Made by a program: the position numbers and the translations under genes
Notes under the pieces: generated by a model
Databases searched by the model: none
Told to the model about the DNA's origin: nothing
The model's input: the letters and a program-made list of their open reading frames with translations, nothing else
DNA from: Nanobdellota archaeon
Lineage (GTDB): Archaea; Nanobdellota; Nanobdellia; SCGC-AAA011-G17; GW2011-AR17
Assembly (NCBI GenBank): GCA_013329215.1
Contig: DUKS01000002.1
Coordinates: 13,669-77,668, forward strand
Direction of reading: 5' to 3'
Length of the DNA stretch: 64,000 nt
Shown: piece by piece, positions 50,252 through 60,271 of the stretch
Layout of the letters: every line of letters begins with the position of its first letter
Numbering within the stretch: the stretch's first letter is position 1

Positions 50252-50959
50252 ATGGCTGTTTCTATTAAATCTCAGATTAAAAAGCTTGCAAAAGAGTTTG
50301 ATTTGAAATACAATCCTTCATGGTTTAGATTCATTTGGGTATCAAGCAGGGAAAATATTTTGATAGAATTCATTACAGGATGCCCGGACCCGATTTATGC
50401 AAATTACGGCAAAAAGCCTGCAGAAAGAATAAGGAATATGCCTCGCTTTATTGCCTCAATAGAATTTAAGAAATGCCTTAAAAGATATGGCGGGCAGATT
50501 GTTTCAAAAGAAGGTTTTGATAAAAGAACAATAGGCAAGATACAGGAGAGGGCAACAAGGAAAGAACTGCTTGGGGTTTATTCCCGTGCAAGGCTTGGAA
50601 AATACAAGCGGGTTGCATTGCTCACAAAGGCAAAAAACAAAAAGCAGCTTTACTTTCTCTTAAAAGACATATTAAGGCATGAATGGATACATATCCTTCT
50701 TTCAAGAAATAATATTAGCTTTCAATCGCTTAATAAAAAGCACTGGGCTTATGACGAGGGGCTTGTGGAGTTTATGGCCTCCTTTTTGGATAAGGATTTG
50801 GATAATCTTGAAAAGCACATGGCAAATGAAAAATATCCGATGGAAAGAAAGTATTGGGAATATGCAATAAAATTCCGAAAAATGTTAAAAGGCAAGATAA
50901 TGCCAAAAGATAGAAAGAGGACCATATCCCGATTTAAGGCAACCAGTATAACTGGATAA
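50252..50959 (+). CDS. Hypothetical protein with HExxH motif (possible metallopeptidase-like)
   Basis: LRHEWIHILL; basic Lys/Arg-rich. Confidence 0.3.
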   Translation: MAVSIKSQIKKLAKEFDLKYNPSWFRFIWVSSRENILIEFITGCPDPIYANYGKKPAERIRNMPRFIASIEFKKCLKRYGGQIVSKEGFDKRTIGKIQERATRKELLGVYSRARLGKYKRVALLTKAKNKKQLYFLLKDILRHEWIHILLSRNNISFQSLNKKHWAYDEGLVEFMASFLDKDLDNLEKHMANEKYPMERKYWEYAIKFRKMLKGKIMPKDRKRTISRFKATSITG

Positions 50960-50960
50960 A

Positions 50961-51680
50961 CTAATTCTTGCTGACAGTTTTCCACAATAAATTAAAATGG
51001 CCCATATACGTATCGGCAATCTGCCTGCTTTCTATTGAAACAATTGTAATCGGCTCTTCATACAGGATGACTGCAACTTTGTTGCCGTAGATTATTGTGG
51101 GGCTGGGGAAATTATATTCCTCAGGCAGATGCTTTAATGAATTGTACTTCCAATTGGATTTTTTAGCTTTTGCAGTTAATATCTTTGCATAAATGCCTTT
51201 CTTTTCCCTTGCTTCTGCCCAATGTTTTGTATATATGGGAAGAACATCCGAAAACTTTACTTCGCCGCCAATCACCATGAAATCCATGCCGTCTGCAAGA
51301 ATGTCCTGCATTACTGCCTTAAGCCCTTCTTTTCCTGAATATATCTGGGCAATGTCTTTCTTTTTTTCTAATAGCCTTATTTGTTCCAGCTCTTTTACGC
51401 TTTTTTTGATTTCTTCTTCTTCGGTTTCCAGTTTTTTCTTCTTTTCCTCAAATATCTCGATAATCCTGCCCGGCGTCGCAGCATTGTAATATTTTTTCTT
51501 ATTCTTGATTATATAACCGGCAAGCCCTTTTTCCATAAGCCTGTTCAGCACGTCATAAGCAGTTGCCCTGTGAATCTGCGCGCTTTTGATAACATCTGCA
51601 GCTAAACTGCTTCCCATCCTTAGAAGCGCCTTGTACACATTAAGCTCTGTTTCTGTAAGCCCTATTGCCGATGCTTTCAT
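50961..51680 (-). CDS. TrmB-family transcriptional regulator (second copy)
   Basis: N-terminal wHTH (LTETELNVYKALLRMG...ATAYDVLNRLMEKGL) plus C-terminal TrmB domain. Confidence 0.7.
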   Translation of the reverse strand: MKASAIGLTETELNVYKALLRMGSSLAADVIKSAQIHRATAYDVLNRLMEKGLAGYIIKNKKKYYNAATPGRIIEIFEEKKKKLETEEEEIKKSVKELEQIRLLEKKKDIAQIYSGKEGLKAVMQDILADGMDFMVIGGEVKFSDVLPIYTKHWAEAREKKGIYAKILTAKAKKSNWKYNSLKHLPEEYNFPSPTIIYGNKVAVILYEEPITIVSIESRQIADTYMGHFNLLWKTVSKN

Positions 51681-51776
51681 GCATTAAATAAGCCTGCCTT
51701 AATTTATAAATGTTGTCATGCTATATGACTACAAATATTAATAATGACTAAAGAGACATTACTTATTGGGGGTAAA

Positions 51777-52145
51777 ATGAAAAAAATACTTGTATTGGAC
51801 GACCATGAAAAGTGGCATATTCTTGCAGAGAGGGATATAGCCTATATTGCAGATTGCAGCATTGACCATGCATACAGCCTTAATCAGGCAATGGATTTAC
51901 TGAAAACAGGCAGCTATAGCCTTATTGTGTCAGATATTAATCTTAACATGGGCAGTTCTGGCTCTCAGGAGGGGCTATATTTTATAAAATACATCAGGGA
52001 AAGCGGCAGCAAAACCCCCATTATATGCGTAAGCTCAGGCAAATGCCTTGAATCTATTGTATTGCAGGCAGGCGCTGACAAATTCGTTGCCAAATCAGAA
52101 TTTTATCCTGAATTCATAAAAGCTGTTGAGGGGTATTTAAAATGA
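51777..52145 (+). CDS. Stand-alone response-regulator receiver (REC) domain
   Basis: ILVLDD...LIVSDINL...ADKFVAKS. Confidence 0.6.
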   Translation: MKKILVLDDHEKWHILAERDIAYIADCSIDHAYSLNQAMDLLKTGSYSLIVSDINLNMGSSGSQEGLYFIKYIRESGSKTPIICVSSGKCLESIVLQAGADKFVAKSEFYPEFIKAVEGYLK

Positions 52146-53131
52146 AATGGTTCGATGATTTATTCAGCGCATTAAGGCAGTCTTACACAATGGAAGACAG
52201 GAAGAGCTTTCCGTTTGAAATAAGGGATTTGCCTCTGGCATACAAGAAGCTGTGGCTGGAAAAGGTTATGGCTGCCATAGTGCCGGTAAAAGATGTTAAG
52301 GCATTGGCTGAAAGCTTTAATTCAGTCAATGAAATAAGGGTTCCATTTGTGGAACTGTTAAAAATAGCAAGGCAGGAAAAGCATCCTCAAGTTAATTTGC
52401 TCTGCGACTTTTTTTATAAGCTGGCTAAATCCAAAGTTAAGAACTGCCCGTTCAGCTCGGACGGCAAAAACATCAAATATGATAGTGTTGGGCTTAAAAA
52501 AATACTGGCAGAAACTCCTTTTGTTAAAGCTATTGAGCCTAAGAAATTCGGGCAATTATCCGCTTATCTGCACATGCTTGCATGGAACCTGCATACAGAC
52601 TCATTTTCGGGAATATATTATCATGGACCTTATAAACTTGAAAAGGGCATATTGATAATCAGGGAATTTTTTGATTTGGACTGCAGGGAAATCTGGCCGG
52701 AATCTGAGATTCCTTTTAAAACAATAACTCTATTGGCAATTTACAACCCGATGAATATCAAAATGAAGTTTTATACAGAAATGATAAATGACAAGAACTT
52801 TAATGAAGAGCTTATTGAATATGCAGTAATAGTTGATAATAAACCCTTGGCTGAAATAGACCTTCTTTTGAAAGATGTGAAAGAAATTGCGAACAAGCAA
52901 AAATCAAGGTTGCATACCCTGGAAGGCGTGGATATGAAAAAGAAATTTATTGAGATTCAGGGCTTCCGCTTAAGGCATTTGTTTGATGCAGCTGGCATGG
53001 ATTGGAAGCCCGAAAGTGATATGTTGTACGCTCTGGCTATAACTGAGCATGTAAGAAAGTGGGATTTATCCGGAATGTCAAGGGATGAGGCATTTGCAAA
53101 GTTTGAGTCATTTCTTGACCCGAGAAAATAA
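52142..53131 (+). CDS. Hypothetical protein translationally coupled to the REC gene (ATGA overlap)
   Basis: ORF; no recognised domain. Confidence 0.4.
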   Translation: MKWFDDLFSALRQSYTMEDRKSFPFEIRDLPLAYKKLWLEKVMAAIVPVKDVKALAESFNSVNEIRVPFVELLKIARQEKHPQVNLLCDFFYKLAKSKVKNCPFSSDGKNIKYDSVGLKKILAETPFVKAIEPKKFGQLSAYLHMLAWNLHTDSFSGIYYHGPYKLEKGILIIREFFDLDCREIWPESEIPFKTITLLAIYNPMNIKMKFYTEMINDKNFNEELIEYAVIVDNKPLAEIDLLLKDVKEIANKQKSRLHTLEGVDMKKKFIEIQGFRLRHLFDAAGMDWKPESDMLYALAITEHVRKWDLSGMSRDEAFAKFESFLDPRK

Positions 53132-54031
53132 CTATCTCTCTTCTTTGGGCATATATCTCTTATTCGCCTTAATATAATTCTTTATCACCCACACTACAAA
53201 TATGCTGTCTGCTTTCTTTACTTGCGCCCTTTGCAGCGCATTATAATAACTGTCCCTTCCAACATAGGGTATGTCCAGCATAGGATATCCTTTCTTATGC
53301 AAAACAAAGTTCATTAAAATTCTTGAAATTCTGCCGTTGCCGTCCCCAAACGGATGTATTGTAACAAACTTAAGATGCACTAAAGCTGCAAGCTCAACAG
53401 GATGCATTTTAGGTTTGTTTTTTTCATACCAACTGAAAAATTCTTTTAGTAAAGGATAGACTTCAGCAGAAAAAGGCGGCATGAATTTGCTTCCTGAGAT
53501 GGCTACCTGATGTTTCCTTATTATTCCGGCAATATCTGCCTTTGTCTCTTTGAGCAATATTCTGTGCCATTCCTGTACAAGTTGCAATGAAATGTCTTTT
53601 TTGCATTTCAGCATCTCATAAAACAGCTTTTTGTGGCTTTCTGCCTCTTTCACGTCCCTTAGGGGCTTTGATTTTGGCGTTATGCCCCTCTCAAGCAGGT
53701 TTGCAGTTTCCCTCAAAGTCAGGGTTGAGCCTTCTATTCTCTGTGTATCATAAGTGAATTTTGTTGCAAATGTCTCTGTTTCCTTTTCAAGAGCGCTCTT
53801 CGGAGTATTGGCTTTTTCTTTTGAATATCCTACCTTTATTGCATCTAATGTTTTAAAGAATTTTTCCTTGTATATGCTGTTAATGAAATCTTTCTTTATT
53901 TCTTCAATATTCCCGGGTATTTCCTTGCCAAGGTAAATTTCTTTAGTCTGGACTTTGCCATTTATCCTTGCACTGTGTTCAAGGTAGTAATAATCCTGCC
54001 TGCCAATTGACTTCTTCTTGATGTTTGCCAT
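53132..54031 (-). CDS. Fic/Doc family protein
   Basis: HPFGDGNGRISR Fic motif. Confidence 0.8.
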   Translation of the reverse strand: MANIKKKSIGRQDYYYLEHSARINGKVQTKEIYLGKEIPGNIEEIKKDFINSIYKEKFFKTLDAIKVGYSKEKANTPKSALEKETETFATKFTYDTQRIEGSTLTLRETANLLERGITPKSKPLRDVKEAESHKKLFYEMLKCKKDISLQLVQEWHRILLKETKADIAGIIRKHQVAISGSKFMPPFSAEVYPLLKEFFSWYEKNKPKMHPVELAALVHLKFVTIHPFGDGNGRISRILMNFVLHKKGYPMLDIPYVGRDSYYNALQRAQVKKADSIFVVWVIKNYIKANKRYMPKEER

Positions 54032-54097
54032 GCTTATAATTTACCCTTACATATTTATAAATCTATCGTTTTTAATTAAAATGTAATGGTAAAGGAA

Positions 54098-55999
54098 TTA
54101 CCTAAGCCTAATCGCATCCAGATTCCTTGGAGCTGTCGTCTCTACCTTCTGCATCTTGTGGAGAGATGAAGCCAAATCTAAACACTTTGAGCTTTCTCCA
54201 TGTATAATCAGAATCCTTTTCGGCTTTGGCTCAATGCGGTATATATAGTTAATCAGCTGATTGCGCGATGAATGCCCGCTGAAGCCGGATATGTTATACA
54301 GCTCCATCTTCATCTTCAAAACTTCAGACCTTCCTTCGCCAACGCCAAAGCTCATTTCTTTCTCGCCGTTCAGGATCCTTCTTCCAAATGAGCCTTCCCC
54401 CTGGTAGCATGTGAGTATCAGGCTGTGCTTCGGGTTTTCAGCTAAAGCTTTAAAATATTCAACAGAGGCGCCGCCTGTCATCATGCCTGAAGTGGCAAGT
54501 ATAACGCATGGCTCGCCTGATTCTATGACCTGCTGCATCTCTTTCTGGCCCGCAACCTGCTTGAACAGGTCTGACATGAACGGGTTCTGGCCTTCATGGA
54601 ATATTGATTTGCGAACTTTTGAATTGAAAAAGTCAGGGTATGCTGTGTGTATTGCAGTGACATCCCAGACAAGGCCCTGTATGTACATCGGCATTTTCTT
54701 GATAAGGCCTTCCCTCATTGCCCTTTCAAGTATAATCATTATCTCCTGCGACCTTCCGACACCCAATACAGGCATCAGCACTTTTCCGCCGCGTTCTGCA
54801 GTCTTGTTGATTATTTCCAGCAGCTCTCTTTCGCTTTCCCTTCTCGGCGGGGGATTGTCATCCTTGCCTCCGTAAGTGCTTTCTATCATGAGCGTTTCAA
54901 GCCTTGGGAAGCTTGTGTTTGCGGCTGCCAGCAGGTTTGATGTCTCGTAGTTCAGGTCGCCTGTATACATGAAATTGTGCAGCCCGTTTCCTATGTGCAA
55001 ATGCACAAGCGAGCTTCCAAGAGTGTGCCCTGCATTATAGAATGTCATTCTTATGTCCGGAGTAATGTCAGTGACTTCCTCGTAGTTCAGGCAGATGCAT
55101 CTCTTAACCATCTCCTTTACATCGCTGCTTGTATAAAGCGGCTTTTTTACTTCTTTCCAGCCTATGTTGATATAGTCCAAAGCCAGGAGCGCCATTACGT
55201 CCCTTGTCGGCTCTGTGCAGTAAATCGGCCCGTCATATCCATACTTGAACAATAGCGGAATCATGCCGCAGTGGTCCAGGTGCGCGTGGCTTACGACAAC
55301 AGCGTCTATCTCGCCAATCTTGAATTCAGGAGTGTCAAAATATGGGAACATATCGTTTTCCTGGCCTGCAACATCAAGCCCGCAGTCCAGCAGCACCCTT
55401 GATTCAGGCGTCTGCACAAGGAAGCATGACCTTCCGACCTGCCTTCCTGCGCCCATGACTGAAATTCTTACCCACTCCTCTTTTCTTCCCCTTGTCCAGC
55501 CGCTGTAAACCCGCTTTCCAACCTTGTCAAGGAATTTTTTCCTGAAATCATTGTTTTCGTACAAAACCATCCTTATATTCTCAATGAGCTTTGAGCGGAT
55601 GCTTGGTGTTCTCCTTATCAGAGGCACCCAGAATGTTTCTTTCTTGATTTCGCGCAGGACCTCGCCTGTCTTGCCTATTGCAACGCCCGGCTTTTCAGTT
55701 TCTATTATTGCCTGGCTTCTCTGCGGGTCAAATAGGACATTTGAAACGCTTGCCTCTGCAGGGACGATTTCCCGTATCTTCTTCTCTGCGTCTTCCATGT
55801 CAGTTGTTATTGACGGGTCAGGCCTGAGCTCAACCCTTTTCTTGATAAGGTTTACTATGTCTTTTATCGCTGTGCCTGAGTCAAGGAAGAATTCCCTGCT
55901 TTTGGTGTATACAATTATGTTGGCTCCTTCAAAGCTACAGCTTGTTATTTCCGCATCCTTTGGCAAGTGTGCCATTACTTCTGCTATTATATCTGCCAT
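54098..55999 (-). CDS. aCPSF1/FttA (KH domains plus MBL/beta-CASP ribonuclease)
   Basis: VVSHAHLDHCG; N-terminal KH region; beta-CASP. Confidence 0.9.
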   Translation of the reverse strand: MADIIAEVMAHLPKDAEITSCSFEGANIIVYTKSREFFLDSGTAIKDIVNLIKKRVELRPDPSITTDMEDAEKKIREIVPAEASVSNVLFDPQRSQAIIETEKPGVAIGKTGEVLREIKKETFWVPLIRRTPSIRSKLIENIRMVLYENNDFRKKFLDKVGKRVYSGWTRGRKEEWVRISVMGAGRQVGRSCFLVQTPESRVLLDCGLDVAGQENDMFPYFDTPEFKIGEIDAVVVSHAHLDHCGMIPLLFKYGYDGPIYCTEPTRDVMALLALDYINIGWKEVKKPLYTSSDVKEMVKRCICLNYEEVTDITPDIRMTFYNAGHTLGSSLVHLHIGNGLHNFMYTGDLNYETSNLLAAANTSFPRLETLMIESTYGGKDDNPPPRRESERELLEIINKTAERGGKVLMPVLGVGRSQEIMIILERAMREGLIKKMPMYIQGLVWDVTAIHTAYPDFFNSKVRKSIFHEGQNPFMSDLFKQVAGQKEMQQVIESGEPCVILATSGMMTGGASVEYFKALAENPKHSLILTCYQGEGSFGRRILNGEKEMSFGVGEGRSEVLKMKMELYNISGFSGHSSRNQLINYIYRIEPKPKRILIIHGESSKCLDLASSLHKMQKVETTAPRNLDAIRLR

Positions 56000-56086
56000 T
56001 TTATCTCACTGCGTTCGAAATGGCACTTCGGTTCCCTCGCGCCATTCTTCTAATACTCTCCAGATTCCAAATAAAGATAAAAACCC

Positions 56087-56734
56087 TCAGGCCTTGAATG
56101 TAGTGTCAAACTGCCTGCTTATAACGGATTTTATCCCATCCTTTGTGATTGTCATTACGTCAATGCCATTGCCTGTTGCAATATCCCTCTGCATTGCCGC
56201 GTTAAGGCATTTGACAGCAAGGTCAACGCCGTCGTTTATGCTCATGTCCTTTTTGTAAAGTGTTTCAAGCACTCCTATTGCGACTGAGCTTCCCGAGCCG
56301 TCCGTCCTGTAGTCATCTGCTTTTGATGTGCTTCCGTCAACTCCTATCTCATACAGCCCGAAGCCCGCCTTGTCCATGCCGCCAAGGAGAAACCCGACAA
56401 TTCCCGGCACCATGCTCGGCCTTCTTATGTTCACATATGCGAGGCTTGCCAGTAGGTTTGCGGCTTCATCAATGCTGGGCTCTTTGCCTTTTCTTATTCT
56501 CAGCAGCTTCAGCTGCGCCCTTATTATCCTTGTGAAAAGCTGGGTGTCGCTTACCAGCCCGGCTGTAGTAATTGCCATGTAATCTGTTATTTTTTGTATC
56601 TTTTCAGCTTTCTTGTCTGCAACAAAATAGCCTGCGCTTGCCCTTCTGTCTGCCGCAAGCACAATTCCGTCTTTGCAAACTATCCCCACTGTGGTCGTGC
56701 CGTGCGCAACCATGTCATTGATTTCTTTTTTCAT
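56087..56734 (-). CDS. psmB: Proteasome beta subunit
   Basis: Propeptide with HG|TTTVG processing site (Thr1). Confidence 0.9.
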   Translation of the reverse strand: MKKEINDMVAHGTTTVGIVCKDGIVLAADRRASAGYFVADKKAEKIQKITDYMAITTAGLVSDTQLFTRIIRAQLKLLRIRKGKEPSIDEAANLLASLAYVNIRRPSMVPGIVGFLLGGMDKAGFGLYEIGVDGSTSKADDYRTDGSGSSVAIGVLETLYKKDMSINDGVDLAVKCLNAAMQRDIATGNGIDVMTITKDGIKSVISRQFDTTFKA

Positions 56735-56884
56735 GTTCTTACCTCTTGTCTGTTATTGTGTGCTAATCACCATCAGAATCCGCTAATATGATATAAGCCC
56801 TAAATCCTTTATATAGTTTTCGCTTTTAAAGTTCCCCAGCCCCCGGAATAACATATATAAACACCCTCCCTGTTAATTATTGCT

Positions 56885-57634
56885 ATGGACAGCGTATGGC
56901 TTTATTCCATGGCGAGCGTTGCAGCAGTCAGCCTTCTTTCGCTTATAGGTATAATAAGCCTCGGCATTAACATAGGAATACTCAGGAAGACTGTCCTGTT
57001 CATGGTAAGCTTTTCAACGGGCGCCCTGTTTGGAGATGCATTCATACATCTGCTGCCTGAGGCGTTTGAAAATTACGGGTTTGGGCTCAATGTGTCTTTT
57101 TCACTGCTTTCAGGCGTGCTGCTGTTTTTTGTAATAGAGAAATTCATACACTGGCACCACTGCCATCTTGAGCCTACCATGCACCATCCGCACCCGTTTG
57201 CATACATGAACCTGTTTGGGGATTCAGTGCATAATTTCATTGACGGCCTGATAATAGGCTCAAGCTATCTTGTTAGCATCCCTGTCGGGATTGCAACAAC
57301 TCTTGCCGTGATACTGCACGAAATACCGCAGGAAATCGGCGACTTCGGAGTATTGCTTCACGGCGGGTTTTCTGTTTCAAAAGCGCTTGCAATGAATTTT
57401 CTCACCGCACTGACAGCATTCCTGGGCGCTATTCTTGCGCTTGTGATGGGCGGGAGCATGCCTGCAGTTGGAAGCTTTCTGGTGCCGTTTGCAGCAGGCG
57501 GGTTCCTGTACATTGCAGGAAGCGACCTCATACCTGAGCTTCACAAGGAAGTAGGGTGGAAAAAGTCAGCAATGCAGCTGCTTATGATTATACTTGGCAT
57601 AGCTGTGATGTGCACCCTGCTTCTTCTTGAGTAA
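56885..57634 (+). CDS. ZIP-family metal cation transporter
   Basis: HEIPQEIGDFGVL; His-rich loop; multiple TM segments. Confidence 0.75.
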   Translation: MDSVWLYSMASVAAVSLLSLIGIISLGINIGILRKTVLFMVSFSTGALFGDAFIHLLPEAFENYGFGLNVSFSLLSGVLLFFVIEKFIHWHHCHLEPTMHHPHPFAYMNLFGDSVHNFIDGLIIGSSYLVSIPVGIATTLAVILHEIPQEIGDFGVLLHGGFSVSKALAMNFLTALTAFLGAILALVMGGSMPAVGSFLVPFAAGGFLYIAGSDLIPELHKEVGWKKSAMQLLMIILGIAVMCTLLLLE

Positions 57635-57666
57635 GGCTTATAAGCTGTATGCAGGTCTAAAAATCC

Positions 57667-57921
57667 ATGGAATTCAGGCTGGAGAAGTGCAAAGACAAGG
57701 GCGCATATTCAGCAAAGCCCGTGAAGCCGGTTAAGCTTAACCTTAATGCTGTAAAATCAAAATTTAAGGTAATAGCAGACACCCCTATACTTCTTGTAAT
57801 CGAAGCAGACGGCTTTGAAATAGTGGCGCATTCTCACGGCGAGCTGATGTTTAAGAATCCGGGAGATATGGACCGGATGCGGAAAGCTGCGGAAGAAATA
57901 TACAAGGCAGGCATGAGATAG
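57667..57921 (+). CDS. Hypothetical small protein
   Basis: ORF only. Confidence 0.25.
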   Translation: MEFRLEKCKDKGAYSAKPVKPVKLNLNAVKSKFKVIADTPILLVIEADGFEIVAHSHGELMFKNPGDMDRMRKAAEEIYKAGMR

Positions 57922-57966
57922 AGTTTGCGAAAGATTTATAGCACAAGACACACTTAGTTCTCTGGT

Positions 57967-58446
57967 ATGGCAAAAGATTATCCTAACTTAAAGATAAGGA
58001 ATATGAAACATTCTGACATCCCCGCGATGGTGCACATCATCAGCACTGACTTAAGCCCAATTGACGGGAAAAAAGCCCATAAGGACCTAACTGACCAATC
58101 CAGGAAGCTTTATGATGACGGGCAGGTGTTTGTGGCGGAGTCTGAGGGAAAACTATTGGGCCTTATTGGATACTGGCGCATGCATTATCACCCGAAAACC
58201 GTCTGCTGGATGGACTGGTTCGGTGTTGAGAAAAACCACAGAAGAACGGGGATTGGCTCTGCGCTTTTGCTGTATATGCTGCCGGTTCTCGCGAAAAAAA
58301 GGTATAGAATGCTTTGCTGCGAAAAATCAAGCAAAGACATTGCTGCAAAACTATTCTATGAGCGATACGGGTTTAAGGAAGCCGGGAGAATTAAAAAATA
58401 CTGGGAAGACGGCGGGGATTGGGTTGTGCTTGTGAAGAAGCTTTGA
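57967..58446 (+). CDS. GNAT family acetyltransferase
   Basis: NHRRTGIGSALL. Confidence 0.75.
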   Translation: MAKDYPNLKIRNMKHSDIPAMVHIISTDLSPIDGKKAHKDLTDQSRKLYDDGQVFVAESEGKLLGLIGYWRMHYHPKTVCWMDWFGVEKNHRRTGIGSALLLYMLPVLAKKRYRMLCCEKSSKDIAAKLFYERYGFKEAGRIKKYWEDGGDWVVLVKKL

Positions 58447-58551
58447 ATTCTATTCGGTAATGCTTATCAATATGCTTCCTTATGAAATAATTATCGCTCT
58501 CATTCCCAATATATGATAGATTTAAATACTGTATATTCCTAATAGATATAA

Positions 58552-59394
58552 ATGAAAAAACTATTGCTTTTCCTGCTGCTGGCTGCAGTGCTTGTTTCTG
58601 GCTGCGGAAGCTCGGGGGACAGGGACTGCGTTAACCAGTGCATGGAACAGGACCATCCTGATTGCGTTGCAGGCGGCTGGAGCATATCAGGCGCGCCTCC
58701 CGACTGTGTATGCGAGTATATATGCCCTGAGGGAAGAAATGACAATGCTGTGGCAGAGCCTGCTGAAACAGAACCTGCCTGCACAGAGGAGTGCGATTCA
58801 AGCGGATGCCTGGGCCCTGCATATTATGAATGTGTATCAAAGCCGGGCGGATGCAAGGGCAAGTCGGATTTGAAAGTTGCGAAAGGCAGGTGCGGCATTG
58901 AATGCCTGTCAAATTCTGACTGCAGCGGGCAGGAATGCGTTGCATACAAATGCAAGGCGCAGGCAGTTTCATTGGACTTAAAAGATCTTCCAGGCCCGTT
59001 CTCAGAAGATGCAATCCTTATAGTTGGGGCCAATGCGCCCGGAAGCGATGTGGCTGCCCAGTTGGCAGTATCATCCATGCTCTTATATGAAGGCGGGAAA
59101 AAGTTTGAGTCAAAGCTGGACACCCAGGTGTCAGAAGAAGATTATAGCCATAATCTCGTCCTTATCGGAAGCCCGTGCGACAACACCATAATTGAAAAAG
59201 TTTTCGGGATAGTGTGCGACGGGTTGGCACTGAATGCAAACCAGGCAATGCTGAAGCTGGCTGACAGCAGGGGAAAGGCTGCTTTGCTCATATCCGGAAA
59301 AACGCCAGCTGCGACATTGAAAGCTGCAAACCAGGTTGCAAATTACGGGGATTACGGGCTTTCGGGCAGCGAAATGGTCATTAACGCCGCCTAG
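58552..59394 (+). CDS. Secreted lipoprotein-like Cys-rich protein
   Basis: MKKLLLFLLLAAVLVSGCGSS lipobox-like; many Cys in the N-terminal half. Confidence 0.45.
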   Translation: MKKLLLFLLLAAVLVSGCGSSGDRDCVNQCMEQDHPDCVAGGWSISGAPPDCVCEYICPEGRNDNAVAEPAETEPACTEECDSSGCLGPAYYECVSKPGGCKGKSDLKVAKGRCGIECLSNSDCSGQECVAYKCKAQAVSLDLKDLPGPFSEDAILIVGANAPGSDVAAQLAVSSMLLYEGGKKFESKLDTQVSEEDYSHNLVLIGSPCDNTIIEKVFGIVCDGLALNANQAMLKLADSRGKAALLISGKTPAATLKAANQVANYGDYGLSGSEMVINAA

Positions 59395-59445
59395 GAATAT
59401 TCCGGAATAGCAATTCTTATAAACCCGGATTGAAAATGGCTTAAT

Positions 59446-60078
59446 ATGAAAGGAATACTCCTGCTGTCATCAGGCATTGACAGCCCTGTTGCAGGCTATC
59501 TGATGCTGAAGAGAGGCGTTGAAATAGTTGCCCTGCACATGGACAACCAGCCCCTGGTGAACGCGCTGCCCAAAGAAAAGACAATAAAACTTGCAAAAAA
59601 GCTTGCTGAACTGTCAGGCAGGGAAATAAAGATATACATAGTAAACCACGGGAGGAACCAGGTTGAAATGATAAGAAACACGGAAAGAAAATACCAGTGC
59701 ATTCTTTGCAGGAGAATGATGCTGAGGATAGCCGAGAAAATAGCTGAAAAAGAAAACGCCGACTTTATTGTAACAGGCGAAAACCTTGCGCAGGTTGCTT
59801 CACAGACACTCAAGAACATGGCAAATGAGGAAAGCGCCGTGCAGATGCCGGTATTAAGGCCGCTGCTGTGCTATGACAAGGTTGACACGATAAAGATAGC
59901 GAGGGAGATAGGGACTTATGAAATCTCAATCGAAGCAGGCATGTGCTGCGCGGCAGTGCCCAAGAATCCGGCCACGCAGTCAAAAAAAGAATCTGTCGCA
60001 AGGGAAGAGGCAAAGCTTGATGTGGATGCAATGACTGAAAATGCAATAAAGGAAGCTGAAATCATAGCGGTGGGATAA
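59446..60078 (+). CDS. thiI: ThiI-like PP-loop tRNA sulfurtransferase (PP-loop domain only, no THUMP)
   Basis: LLSSGIDSPVAGYLMLKRG (SGGxDS-type). Confidence 0.65.
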   Translation: MKGILLLSSGIDSPVAGYLMLKRGVEIVALHMDNQPLVNALPKEKTIKLAKKLAELSGREIKIYIVNHGRNQVEMIRNTERKYQCILCRRMMLRIAEKIAEKENADFIVTGENLAQVASQTLKNMANEESAVQMPVLRPLLCYDKVDTIKIAREIGTYEISIEAGMCCAAVPKNPATQSKKESVAREEAKLDVDAMTENAIKEAEIIAVG

Positions 60079-60079
60079 A

Positions 60080-60271
60080 ATGAAAGTTTATATAGAATCA
60101 AAAAACAAATGGACTAGGGCAAAGGCGCCGTCTGCTGCTGCATTGCTTAAGAAGCTGAACATAAATCCTGTTACTGTTTTGGTTGTCAAGAACGGTTCGC
60201 TTGTTGCGGATGATGAAAAACTTTCTGAAAAAGATGAAGTGAAAATATTATCGGTGGTGTCAGGAGGATAA
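60080..60271 (+). CDS. ThiS/MoaD-like ubiquitin-fold sulfur carrier (TtuB-like), C-terminal GG
   Basis: 63 aa ending VVSGG. Confidence 0.7.
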   Translation: MKVYIESKNKWTRAKAPSAAALLKKLNINPVTVLVVKNGSLVADDEKLSEKDEVKILSVVSGG

